A stretch of DNA of 63,826 nucleotides, the filler included, from Octopus bimaculoides (taxonomy: Eukaryota), in assembly GCF_001194135.2 (NCBI RefSeq). It is 6 parts of 5 records of this genome, joined end to end, with 100 filler letters (N's around TTAATTAATTAA, not from the genome) between each part and the next. Parts side by side here need not be neighbours in the genome. Positions count along the whole stretch, not along the records: positions 20,882 to 39,078 come from NC_068981.1; positions 39,179 to 57,202 come from NC_068991.1; 4 more parts are not named here. One strand, written 5' to 3'. The notes below the pieces were generated by a model, which searched no databases, was not told the origin of the DNA, and was given only the letters and a program-made list of their open reading frames with translations. Positions 37,783-48,622 of the stretch are shown here, one piece after another (positions within the stretch are counted from its first letter, which is position 1; every line of letters starts with the position of its first letter). The position numbers and the translations under genes were made by a program.

Positions 37783-38060
37783 GGTGCAATCATGGGTGTG
37801 TGGTGAGGTTTGTTTTCCAACTGCATGATTGGAGGTTTAGTCCCTCTGTGTGGTACCTTGGGCAAGTGTCTTCTATTATAGCCTTGAGTGAAACAATAGC
37901 TTGTGAGTGGATTTCATAGACATAGAATGTGAAAGAACCCTGTCACGTGCACGTGCGTGCATGTGCATGTGTATGTGTGTGTGTGTTCATCATTACTTGG
38001 CAACTGGTGTTGATTTGTTGCAGTTGAATGATCGAAACAAGATAAAAGATTATTTAGTTG
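37783..38060 (+). mobile_element. SINE family A, diverged and partial
   Basis: GGTACCTTGGGCAAGTGTCTTCTATTATAGCC..TTGTGAGTGGATTT. Confidence 0.7.
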
Positions 38061-38129
38061 AAGGAAGGGTGGTGGGTAGTAGAATTATTAGAGTGTTGCA
38101 CAATTAATTTCGCAATATTTAGATTTGTC

Positions 38130-38345
38130 AAGGTGGCAAGCTGTCAGAAATGTTAGCATGCTGGGCGAAATGCTTAGCGGTATTTCGTCTGTCTTTACAT
38201 TCTGAGTTGAAAGTCCGCGAAGGTCAACTTTGCCTTTCATCCTTTCAGGGTCGATAAATTAAGTACCAGTTGCGTACTGGGATCAATCTAATCAACTGGC
38301 CCCCTCCCCGCAAATTTCAAGCCTTGTGCCTAAAGTAGAAAAGAA
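38130..38345 (+). mobile_element. SINE family B (a partial copy follows at about 38375-38520)
   Basis: Family B body GTCAACTTTGCCTTTCATCCTTTCAGGGTCGATAAATTAAGTACCAG. Confidence 0.88.
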
Positions 38346-38870
38346 TATTTAGATATGTCTATTTACATTCATAGTTAAAACTCTGCCAGGGTTTACTTTG
38401 CCTTTCATCATTTCAGAGTCAATAAAATAAGATAAATAGCTTTCAAATACTGTTCAATCTAATTGTCTATATCCTATTATTAAAAGAATTTGCGGTTTCG
38501 TACTTATACCAGAAATCAGCACAGTAACATAAGATGACCATTGCAAGCTCTCCCAGCTATGAAGTTGGTTCAGTTTTGTTCAGCTTAAAATCATGGACAG
38601 ACAGATGTTCCAAATATTTTCATGGGAGATTTACAGTCCTTAGAACTGAGAGTATCTTGTTTGCCATAAAAAAATCAGTTTGCCACAGGAGATGTGCAAC
38701 ATTTTTTATGAAAGCTTTTATAGTGTTGAGAAAAATTAAGGCATCTTTTGACAGAAATTGGTGCCTTAATCATTATTTGTATATGTTTTATTCTATTGAA
38801 CTGGTCAGACTGCTCCAAGCATTTAGCAATTTATGCAGTAGGTTCATTAATTATAATAGTAAATTAAACT

Positions 38871-39078
38871 GTTCTATATTTAAGAGATGAGGAATTATTT
38901 ACATTATTTACATTAGACGGATATTTGTCCTCATCTTGTTTGTTGTTAGCACGTTTCGGCTGATATACCCTCCAGCCTTCGTCAGGTGTCTTGGGGAAAT
39001 TTCGAACCTGGGTTCTCATTCCTAACGATGTTACTATTATTATATTATTATTATTATTACTATTATTAATCAGGTCGC
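38871..39078 (-). mobile_element. tRNA-hammerhead element (HH family 1), head lost in the gap
   Basis: Reverse strand GACAC-CTGACGA-A-GGCTG(GAGGGTATAT)CAGCC-GAAACGT at 38990-38951. Body and (AAT)n match 43072-43396. Confidence 0.8.
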
Positions 39079-41584
39079 NNNNNNNNNNNNNNNNNNNNNN
39101 NNNNNNNNNNNNNNNNNNNNNNTTAATTAATTAANNNNNNNNNNNNNNNNNNNNNNNNNNNNNNNNNNNNNNNNNNNNTATATATATACATACATACATA
39201 CACATATCCATACACACATACACACATACACGTGTATATGTATGTGTGCTCGCGTGTGTGAGTTGGTGGTATGTATGTAAGTCCCTATATGCATATGCAT
39301 GTAAGGACGCCTGAATCTATTCAAAATGTTTTTGGAAACCTAATTACTTTTAGTGGTTCTGATGACGTTTATGGAACGTCGATTTATTTAAGATCACTAA
39401 TTTAAAATGTCACTACATTCTTAAGCAATGTACGTATAATTACTTATATACATGCGTACATATATATATACATATATATACATATAATTACATACATGCA
39501 TACATGCATACAGCTATATATAAATACATATGTATTTTAAGAATTATACACAGCACATATAATTGATTACATACAATTGAATATATATATACATATCTTT
39601 TTATTAATGCATTTATATAGAAAGTAGAGCAAAAAAATGCATCCATTAATTTATACGTGTGCGTTTGTTTGTGTCTATGTGTATTTGTATATGTATGTAT
39701 GTGTGTGTGTGGTTTAGTGTTGCAATATTCGTGTGTAACATCTGACGCGAAATTTTGTTCTAATGTGATATATATTACTTAAGAAAAACGATTCATGCAT
39801 TTTGAAAAAAAAAAAATTATTCAATTGTTCGTAGTTTGTCACGTTTGTTGATTCGATGACTTTCAGACATTTGTGTTCGTTAATTCGGATTTATTTACCA
39901 TACTTTGATAATGAAAATAAAGAAAACACAACATAAGCGTAAACATGAGTTTTAATAGGTTGACAAAAATGATTTATTTTTGTTATTTCTTGTTTACTAT
40001 TTTCGGATTTTCTTGTGCTTTTTCTATTTTTTCTCAGTTAATAGTACTAAGAATATGCGTCACTGAAATGAATTTATCATTTACTTTTTAGTGCTAATAT
40101 TAATCACGATTATGGTTCGTATTCGTGGTTTTCATTTACAGACAAAAAGATATTCTTGAGACAAATATTACTTTATGATATACAAATAAAATTGTAATAT
40201 TTTGTTCCTTCTGGCCCAAAATTATAGGTATTTAGGACAGGATAAATGTCAAGTGAAGGGAGACCAGAAATTATGGATTTAAATCGACTAGATGCAAATG
40301 AAAACACGTATCGTAGGATCCAAACTGTAGATGTTAATGTACGTAACATGTAATGAAAAGTCATTTCTTTTTTTTTACAGATTCTCACACTCCAAAGATC
40401 TTGAATACAATTAAAAATCGTGCTGTAAATGATCTAATTAGTTTTATATATTTAATTATTTAATCAGATTGTGATCTATTTTGCGTCCTGAATTCATCTC
40501 CCATCCTACAGCCGAGATCAAATTCTATAGAAAGCTATCCGACTGATTGTCACTGCGGGATGACCAATACACTTCTATTACTATGCTATCGACTCGTTTT
40601 CATCACTAATTCTTTTCTAGAGCGATGATACAGGATGATCCAAAAGTATGTTTACAGTTATTCGACTATCTCTTTCGTATTCATATAACAGTTTAGATCT
40701 TAATTATAAAAAAAATTTGAAACATTATTCTATGCTAATTTAGTTAATTTTCGAAAGCTCCCTTTTCAGTTTGTAAGATAGAAATTTAAATGTAATAAAA
40801 TGTTTTAAAAGAAATTTTAAGTGCCTACGTGATAAGTGTAAACCTACTTTTGGACCACCTTGTACATACATACGCCTACAAACACACACACACACACACA
40901 TACACACGCGCACGCGCACACATATATATCAGGCCTATAGTTACTTATATACCATATGCTGAGCTGACTCGGCAAACACGTCTACACCATCTTTTTACAC
41001 ATAATCTGCTCTTTCAGACCTAATATGAATAATTATCCCAAGTCTTTCCTGCAAGAACATCCACACCCTGGAATCCTGATTACATACATACTCATATTTT
41101 CTGAAATCGTCAGTTACAAAATGCTGAATATAATGAGCCACTGTATCGTTCTTATCAATCTCCTCTCACCAATGACGGTCGTGGTAACAGCCAGCATCCC
41201 TTCGTCTTCATTAAAAATACGTCTGTGCTGAATTTGATTTTGTCTGCTCTGGGTTGATAAATCATATTTCGTTTTCTTCCATATAATTATTGAGACCTTG
41301 TATCTGTGAATATGAGAATGTTTTGCTAACCCGGAGTTGTACCTATTTAGGGAACAGTAAGAAGTTAGGTTCAGTTTCTACCTTTGGTTTGGAAAAGGCT
41401 ATTGAGAACCTTTCGTTCAGTAGAAGATAAAAAGCAGAATAAAACAAAGAAGCAGATTGCGGTCGAAACTGTTGCAGCTACAACAACAGACTCAACAAAT
41501 AAAAACCATGGCTACTGCAACAGACCAATGAGGAAGAGCTTCTTAAAAAATATCAGTATGGAAACAAATGAAATCGCCTGAACT

Positions 41585-41780
41585 TAGTGCCACTAGCATC
41601 AATAGTCTTCAATGACCGAAGTATCAAGTGCTATGCTTCTCACACACAGCACCAGGTAAAAGCTGATGTGTCCCAGTGGTGATATTTCCGAACCCTCGTC
41701 TCAACTGATATGTCTCATGATGACGACTTATTTCGTCGTCTCTACGGGAATGTTTCGAACTGCGTACCTTCACCGTGCGT
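41585..41780 (+). pseudogene. Possible remnant of an L1-type endonuclease N-terminus
   Basis: Across frameshifts it reads ATSINSL..KADV..ISEPRLN..VPSP, loosely parallel to ACLNVCGL..IDIMVAIETRLD..MSPS at 6050-6220. Confidence 0.25.
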
Positions 41781-41782
41781 AT

Positions 41783-43045
41783 ATCTCTATTTGGCACACA
41801 GGCCATAACACAGAGGGGGACGGCACAAGGAGAGACAGAATACCACAGGAGGGGGGGGGGGACAAAAAACATAAAACGGACGAATGAAGGATGAATAATA
41901 ATTAATGCGGATGTAATGGCTTCATTGAATTCAAGCAGTACCATTTAACTGTTTCAAAAATGTTTTTTTTAAATTTTTCTTTTTTCTTTTTTTCCCCCTT
42001 TTTAGCATCGTATGTATAGTCTTATTGAAAAAGCTTACTCACGCTTTCGAGTTCATGTATGGCTTCAATTCTTTATAATCTACAACAGGCGGCAGGTCAT
42101 CGAACTCCACCTCCACTCCCGATTGGTCTATACTGGTTCCAAACCACTCTTTCAATTTTCCAAACCTCTCTTGCTCTATCACTATGCCTTTTGTATTTTC
42201 TGTATAAAGCTCTACTGGTAATTTTACTCTAATTACCAATTTGAATTCGGTAATTCTCATTTTTCTCGCCGTACTTTTTGTATATGTAACCATATACCAT
42301 TTATTTTTCCTGGCTTCTTTAACTGTTTGTTTCTGCGGTAAACTAGGGCTATCTGAGAAGGTTTCCTTTTTTTGTCCTTTTCTTGGTGTTGCTGGTGGAG
42401 GTCTTTCTTGCTAAATCTTTATAATGTCCATATCTTTTTTCTTTTTCGGACTCTTCGGTGGTGAGTTCACACATTCATTTCTTTCTTTACTGCTCACCTC
42501 CGTAAATGCTTCCTCTGCACATTTCGCAGTTGCTAGGGTCGCCACATCGGCACTCTGCTCCTGTTGGCCTTCCTCACTGTCTCTCTGGGGCACCTCACTC
42601 TCATGTATCCCTTGTCTCCGCATTGATAGAAAGTTGGTAGTTTTCCTTCCACCACCACTCTCAACCTTATATCTTCCGGTAAAATCACGTCTTCAGAGAT
42701 TTCGTTCAAATCCTTTTGTCCAACCTCAATGAGCATTTCAAAGCCTTATCCCCAGCAATTTACTTTTTTGTCCTCGTCACCTTTAAGGTTTTTGCGTCCT
42801 CCTCGGTTTTCTGCATCACGGCTGCTACCAGCCACGCTTCTTTGATTTCCGGGGGTACTCTACCTATTCTAACTCTAGCGACACTTTTGCCGCAGTAAAT
42901 TGGCAGGAGTACTCACTCTTTCGTCACAGTGGAGTGATTTATAGCCCCTTGCTCGTTGGCGAACTTCACCTCCACTGTGCCGTATTTTCTTCCTCTTGTG
43001 TAGAATATTGTCAGTTTTTTTTAATTTCTTTAAGTCATTCTTCTA
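41783..43045 (-). mobile_element. L1/Tx1-like ORF1-bearing retroelement without ORF2, 5'-truncated
   Basis: YGTVEVKF..LLPIYCGK..GRVPPEIKEAW..VVEGKLPTFYQCGDKGYMRVRCP, then a short frame (42039-42293), then the 3' end ggcctgtgtgccaAATAGAgat. There are no N gaps between the knuckle and the 3' end. Confidence 0.75.
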
Positions 43046-43071
43046 TTGCCTCCACTACGCCATATGCCCGT

Positions 43072-43146
43072 GGGCATATGGCGTAGGGGTTAAGAGCGCG
43101 GGCTACTAACACCAAGATTCCGAGTTCGATTCCGAGCAGTGACTTG

Positions 43147-43179
<33 letters not shown>

Positions 43180-43396
43180 AATAATAATAATGGTAATAAT
43201 AATAATAATAACATCGAAGAATACCTTAGGAATGAGAACCCAAATTCGAAATTTCCCCAAGACACGTGATGAAGGCTGGAGGTTATATCAGCGGAAACGT
43301 TGTTTTAACAACAAACAAGATGAAGAGAAATATTCTAAAAATGTAAATAATGTAAATAACGTACATAATTCCTCATCTCTTAAATATAGAACTGTA
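43072..43396 (+). mobile_element. tRNA-headed SINE-like element with (AAT)n spacer and hammerhead-like 3' region (HH family 1)
   Basis: A-box-like TGGCGTAGGGG at 43079-43089, B-box GAGTTCGATTCC at 43122-43133, and GACAC-GTGATGA-A-GGCTG..CAGCG-GAAACGT-T-GTTTT at 43261-43306. Confidence 0.8.
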
Positions 43397-43399
43397 GCA

Positions 43400-44580
43400 T
43401 GTTATAAATCCTGTTGATATTTTATATTGTTTTTCTTGTGTTTGTATATGTGTGTAATCAGTTGCTGTATCTGTATTGTCTGAGTTAGAGCTTTTTCGTG
43501 TACGAGAATTGCTTGTGATTTCCTGTGGGCGTTCTGTTATTGGGTTTACTGTGCTGCATGTACATGTGTGCGTTTGGTTGTGGATTCAGGGTTGTTTATT
43601 GTCATTTTATGTATTAGCTGCGGTGTAGGCGTTTGCGTATCCTTATGTTCTTTCCTGTTCTTTTTCTTAGAGTTCTTCGAGGGCGGGGAGTTCTTTGTTT
43701 CCTTCCTCTTTCTATATTGTATTTCATACACTTCATTTATACTTAACTCTTCTATGTCTTCCTCCGGCTTCTCACTGCTACTGATTTCTCCCTTTCTCAC
43801 TTTCGTTGGTGCTTGTTTTTGGAGAAGGGGACAGCTCACCTTAATGTACCCCTTATCCCCGCAGTGGTAGCATGTGGGGGTCTTACCTCCACTACTACCC
43901 ACAATCTCACCTCCTCTGGGAGCTCAACTTCTGTTATCATTTGAAGGTCACTGATTGTAGCCTGGATTATGACCCCCATAACCCACCAATTTAATTGTTC
44001 TGTGCAGCTCACTTGTAAAACCTGTGGGTCGTCCTCCATGTCCATCATAATGGCTACCAGCAACCACATTTCTTTAATTTCCGGGGGCACCCTACCAATT
44101 CCTATTCTTTTTACTCTCTTCCCAATAAAAGTTGGCAGCAATGCCCATCTCCCTGACTTCAAGGCTTCCTTGGAGTGCCTTACTGCTTCCTCCATTGACA
44201 AGAAACTCACTTCCACCGTTCCAAATTCCTTGCCTCTACAGAAAAATTCTACTTTATCGCCCAACTTATTCAAGCATTCAACTTCTCTTGCCGTTTCTAT
44301 CTTCCTAGTTAGCAGTGACAGAGTTCTGTATACCACTGTCGTTAGTTCCTTGTTTGTTACCACGTCCGTTGGTCACGTCAATTTTAACTTTGCGCCCTCT
44401 CTCCTAAATAACTCCCGGCTGTCCTCCACTGCCTCCAAGTCCACAGCCACTTCCATTACTTCCAACTTTCTTACAGCCTCCGCAACACTTTCACGTTTCA
44501 CTACTGCTGCATAGCTTGCTACATCTCCATTGTGGCTTTTTTCCGACTAGGAGAGAAAAGCCACAAAACAAAAGGAGACA
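43400..44580 (-). mobile_element. L1/Tx1-like ORF1-bearing retroelement, 5' end present, 3'-truncated
   Basis: SYAAVVK start region; ORF 43836-44363 FGTVEVSF..LLPTFIGK..GRVPPEIKEMW; frameshift to PTCYHCGDKGYIKVSCP. Confidence 0.8.
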
Positions 44581-45505
44581 ATATATATATATATATANNN
44601 NNNNNNNNNNNNNNNNNNNNNNNNNNNNNNNNNNNNNNNNNNNNNNNNNNNNNNNNNNNNNNNNNNNNNNNNNNNNNNNNNNNNNNNNNNNNNNNNNNNN
44701 NNNNNNNNNNNNNNNNNNNNNNNNNNNNNNNNNNNNNNNNNNNNNNNNNNNNNNNNNNNNNNNNNNNNNNNNNNNNNNNNNNNNNNNNNNNNNNNNNNNN
44801 NNNNNNNNNNNNNNNNNNNNNNNNNNNNNNNNNNNNNNNNNNNNNNNNNNNNNNNNNNNNNNNNNNNNNNNNNNNNNNNNNNNNNNNNNNNNNNNNNNNN
44901 NNNNNNNNNNNNNNNNNNNNNNNNNNNNNNNNNNNNNNNNNNNNNNNNNNNNNNNNNNNNNNNNNNNNNNNNNNNNNNNNNNNNNNNNNNNNNNNNNNNN
45001 NNNNNNNNNNNNNNNNNNNNNNNNNNNNNNNNNNNNNNNNNNNNNNNNNNNNNNNNNNNNNNNNNNNNNNNNNNNNNNNNNNNNNNNNNNNNNNNNNNNN
45101 NNNNNNNNNNNNNNNNNNNNNNNNNNNNNNNNNNNNNNNNNNNNNNNNNNNNNNNNNNNNNNNNNNNNNNNNNNNNNNNNNNNNNNNNNNNNNNNNNNNN
45201 NNNNNNNNNNNNNNNNNNNNNNNNNNNNNNNNNNNNNNNNNNNNNNNNNNNNNNNNNNNNNNNNNNNNNNNNNNNNNNNNNNNNNNNNNNNNNNNNNNNN
45301 NNNNNNNNNNNNNNNNNNNNNNNNNNNNNNNNNNNNNNNNNNNNNNNNNNNNNNNNNNNNNNNNNNNNNNNNNNNNNNNNNNNNNNNNNNNNNNNNNNNN
45401 NNNNNNNNNNNNNNNNNNNNNNNNNNNNNNNNNNNNNNNNNNNNNNNNNNNNNNNNNNNNNNNNNNNNNNNNNNNNNNNNNNNNNNNNNNNNNNNNNNNN
45501 NNNNN

Positions 45506-45560
<55 letters not shown>

Positions 45561-46649
45561 AGTGAATTAGAATATCAATATATGATATACATATCTTATA
45601 TCGTTGCTGATGTTACTTTTTTATCTGTATTTACCCTTATCAAAGAGGAATTTCATTATCAATTATAATTGGAGAATTTTACAAGCAATTGCTCTGCACA
45701 TATATTCTGACATTTAGGAATTTTATTGGATGTGAATTTGGCTGCTGTTTTGAGGAAGTTGAGTGACCGAAATTGAAACTGCCATATCAAATTAAAATTT
45801 AGCAATTTCTTTGAAATTTCATCTCATGGTTTTTCCTCCAATTAGCATAAATTCTTCATATCATATGTCTTTTAATTTCACTCGAATTTCTTAGAAATCT
45901 ACACAAAATATATAATTGGAAATTATCTTTAAATTTATGCTGTTCTTTAAATAATAATGATGTTTTTCACAGTTTAGAAACTAATATGCTAAATTGTTAT
46001 CAAACTTTTTTTACTTTTACAACATGTAAATATCTCAGGAAAATTAATAAGACTTCTTTAAGCATTGTAGAGAATTATTTAAAATCAAATAGAGGCAAAA
46101 AGCAAAATTTGCTTAAAGTAACAAAGGATTTTTTTTATCTCCCATACCTTCAAGAATTCAACGTTTCGTTCTCTTCAACGCGTTACAATAGTTACAACAA
46201 TTATAGCATACAAAATGTTGACAGTAGAATTCAAAAATGTTCTTTTATCAATTCTGCGAGAATGTTGGAATAATTTTTTATCTTTTCGTTTGGTTTCATG
46301 GTTTGAAATATCTCTCTTCTAAAACCTTTCTCTGAAAAAAGTATCGTTGTCGATGTTAGATTAAGTATTGCAAATTTTATAATTTTGTAATTTCTTAAAA
46401 ACACCTCCATCATATGTTGTCCATCAAAAGTTTACACTGATAATTTACGTATGTCATAAGACCTAGTATCAATAATGAGATCAAACTCCTTATTTATTTT
46501 TGTCACCTAGTCTGTTAGTTGGCTTCCTTGATCAAGCTTCTCATGTGACGTTTAACCACAACTTGCTTTTTATTCTATTTCCAGCCTCACATACACACAT
46601 ACATACATACATACATGCATACATACATACATACATACATACATACATG

Positions 46650-46677
<28 letters not shown>

Positions 46678-46680
<3 letters not shown>

Positions 46681-46790
46681 CAGGCTTCTCAAAACCAGAA
46701 AGGAGAAAGCTGATTCGAAGACTGCAGATCCAGACCATCACTGGAACTAAAGGCCTGTAAAACTTTCCAGACGTTTACCATTTAAATACA
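46678..46790 (+). mobile_element. Probable 3'-terminal fragment of an RLE-type LINE in (CATA)n
   Basis: Reads GFSKPERRKLIRRLQIQTITGT / KACKTFQTFTI* with one frameshift, resembling C-termini of RLE LINEs from memory. Confidence 0.4.
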
Positions 46791-47060
46791 TATGTGCATG
46801 TCTAGCTATATGTATGTGAATACAAACATAAAACAACACATACAAATCTGCACATGCACTGACTCCAAATACTGCACATATACACAAATACACACACAAA
46901 TTCAATGTTGGTGTTGTTGGAGTTTCAATGAAAAAGACTTGGATCTAGGTTAGAAGTCGATTCTTTCTCTATTGGTAAGAAATCTTCAAATGAAACTGAA
47001 TAATATCATGCATATGCATTCACACACATATATATGTAAATGTATATGTATGTATATGTT

Positions 47061-47412
47061 GGAGTGGCTGTGTGGTAAGAAGCTTGCTTCCTAACCACAT
47101 GATTCTGGGTTCAATCCCACTGTGTGGCACCCTCAAATATAGCCTCGGGCCGACCAAAGCTTTGTCAGTGAATTTGCTAGACGGAAACTGAAAGAGGTCC
47201 ATCGTATATAATATATATGTATATGTATGTATGTATGTATGTATGTATTTGTGAGTCTGTGTTTATCCCCCCCACAATTGCTTGACAACCGACGTAGGTG
47301 TGTTTACGTGCCCGTAACTTAGCAGTTCTGCAAAAGAACCGATAGAATAAGTACTTGGCTTACAAAGAATAAGTCCTGGGGTCGATTTGATCGATTTGAT
47401 CGACTAAAGGCG
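47061..47412 (+). mobile_element. SINE family A, internally deleted
   Basis: GGAGTGGCTGTGTGGTAAG head, CpGs retained, tail with duplicated GATTTGATC. Confidence 0.88.
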
Positions 47413-48328
47413 GATTGGATAGAAGGCGAGATATTTTATTAATATTTTGAGATGGAAGTAGAAAGAAAGCAATTAACAGCAAGAGATAAAATGGGACTAA
47501 AATATAAGAGAAAGGATGAGAGAAAAGCGGAAAGAAAAGTTAAAATAGATAATAACGTGTGAGAAAAAAAGAGAGCGGGAAAATAAAGAAAAGAAAGAGG
47601 TGAAGAGGGAAAATAAGACAAGGTTGTAATTAAAGAGATGGAGAATTAAAGAAAAAGAAAAATGAAGCTGGACAATAATAAACGGGATGAGCAAAAATGT
47701 ATAAACAAAATAAAATGAAAGTGAATACATAAATACACCTAAGAGATAGGAAGAGATAGAAAGAAAAATAAGAAAGCATTGTGAGAAAGAGAGAGGTAAT
47801 GGGCAGTAAGAGGCTATAAAAAATGGGGCTGTTCAGAAATGGCTAGTCAGACACGTATAGAAACAGCTTAATAAAAGATGTGTTCATTAATAGTAACGTC
47901 CTTATTAGTTTTCTCGTATGATTTAAATATCCTGGACTTTCTGGATATATAGTTAACGACTGTCTCTTTTCTGCTACTAGAATGTTGTTGGCAGCCATAA
48001 TTTTTTCCAATGCTTCATTAAAAACCGTGTAACAAAACTTTAATACTGTTTTTCTCTGATCAGTAAGGGTTATTTCCTTTTTGCTTCTATTTAAAAATCA
48101 AAGGAAATGACTTCTATTTCCTTCAAACTTTGCTTTTTCACCTGCACATCAATATTTTGAAACTGACATATTTTCCATTATATTTCAGACAGATTCAATG
48201 CTAATTTTAAAAGCGTGTTACACAATGGAATCGGCAGTAACGACATTTACCTCCTTTGTAAGGATCCACTATAATGTATAGCGGATCCCTACAAAGGGAT
48301 AAAGTCGTCACTATGTATGTCATATTCA

Positions 48329-48622
48329 GGTCTTTACAGCATAAAATGCATAGAAGGTGCTTGTAAAGACCTGAATATGACATACATGGGTGAAACATCT
48401 AGGAGCATTGCGGAACGACTAAACGAACATATGAGATAATATGACGACAAAAAACAGTCATCCATACTCTACCAACATGCCAAAGACCAGCATGGAGGCA
48501 ACTTGGGTCAACTTGACATCCGCATCTTATCCAAGTACCCAAAAGACCCAACCCTAAAACAAATACGGGAGTACGTCCTTATAAATGAAACTTCCCCAAT
48601 ACTAAATAGGAAATATACGTAG
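48329..48622 (+). pseudogene. Penelope-like GIY-YIG endonuclease fragment
   Basis: GLYSIKCIEGACKDLNMTYMGETSRSIAERLNEHMR*YDDKKQSSILYQHAKDQH..IRILSKY..QIREYVLINETSPILNRKYT*. The Y-x-I-x-C, YxGET, R..EH, E...I and P.LN motifs are in order, with one internal stop. Confidence 0.85.

Noticed and set aside
40990-41240. Candidate plus-strand exon after CTGCTCTTTCAG
   Set aside because: The open frame gives an unrecognisable peptide and only a weak donor, and no partner exon was found.
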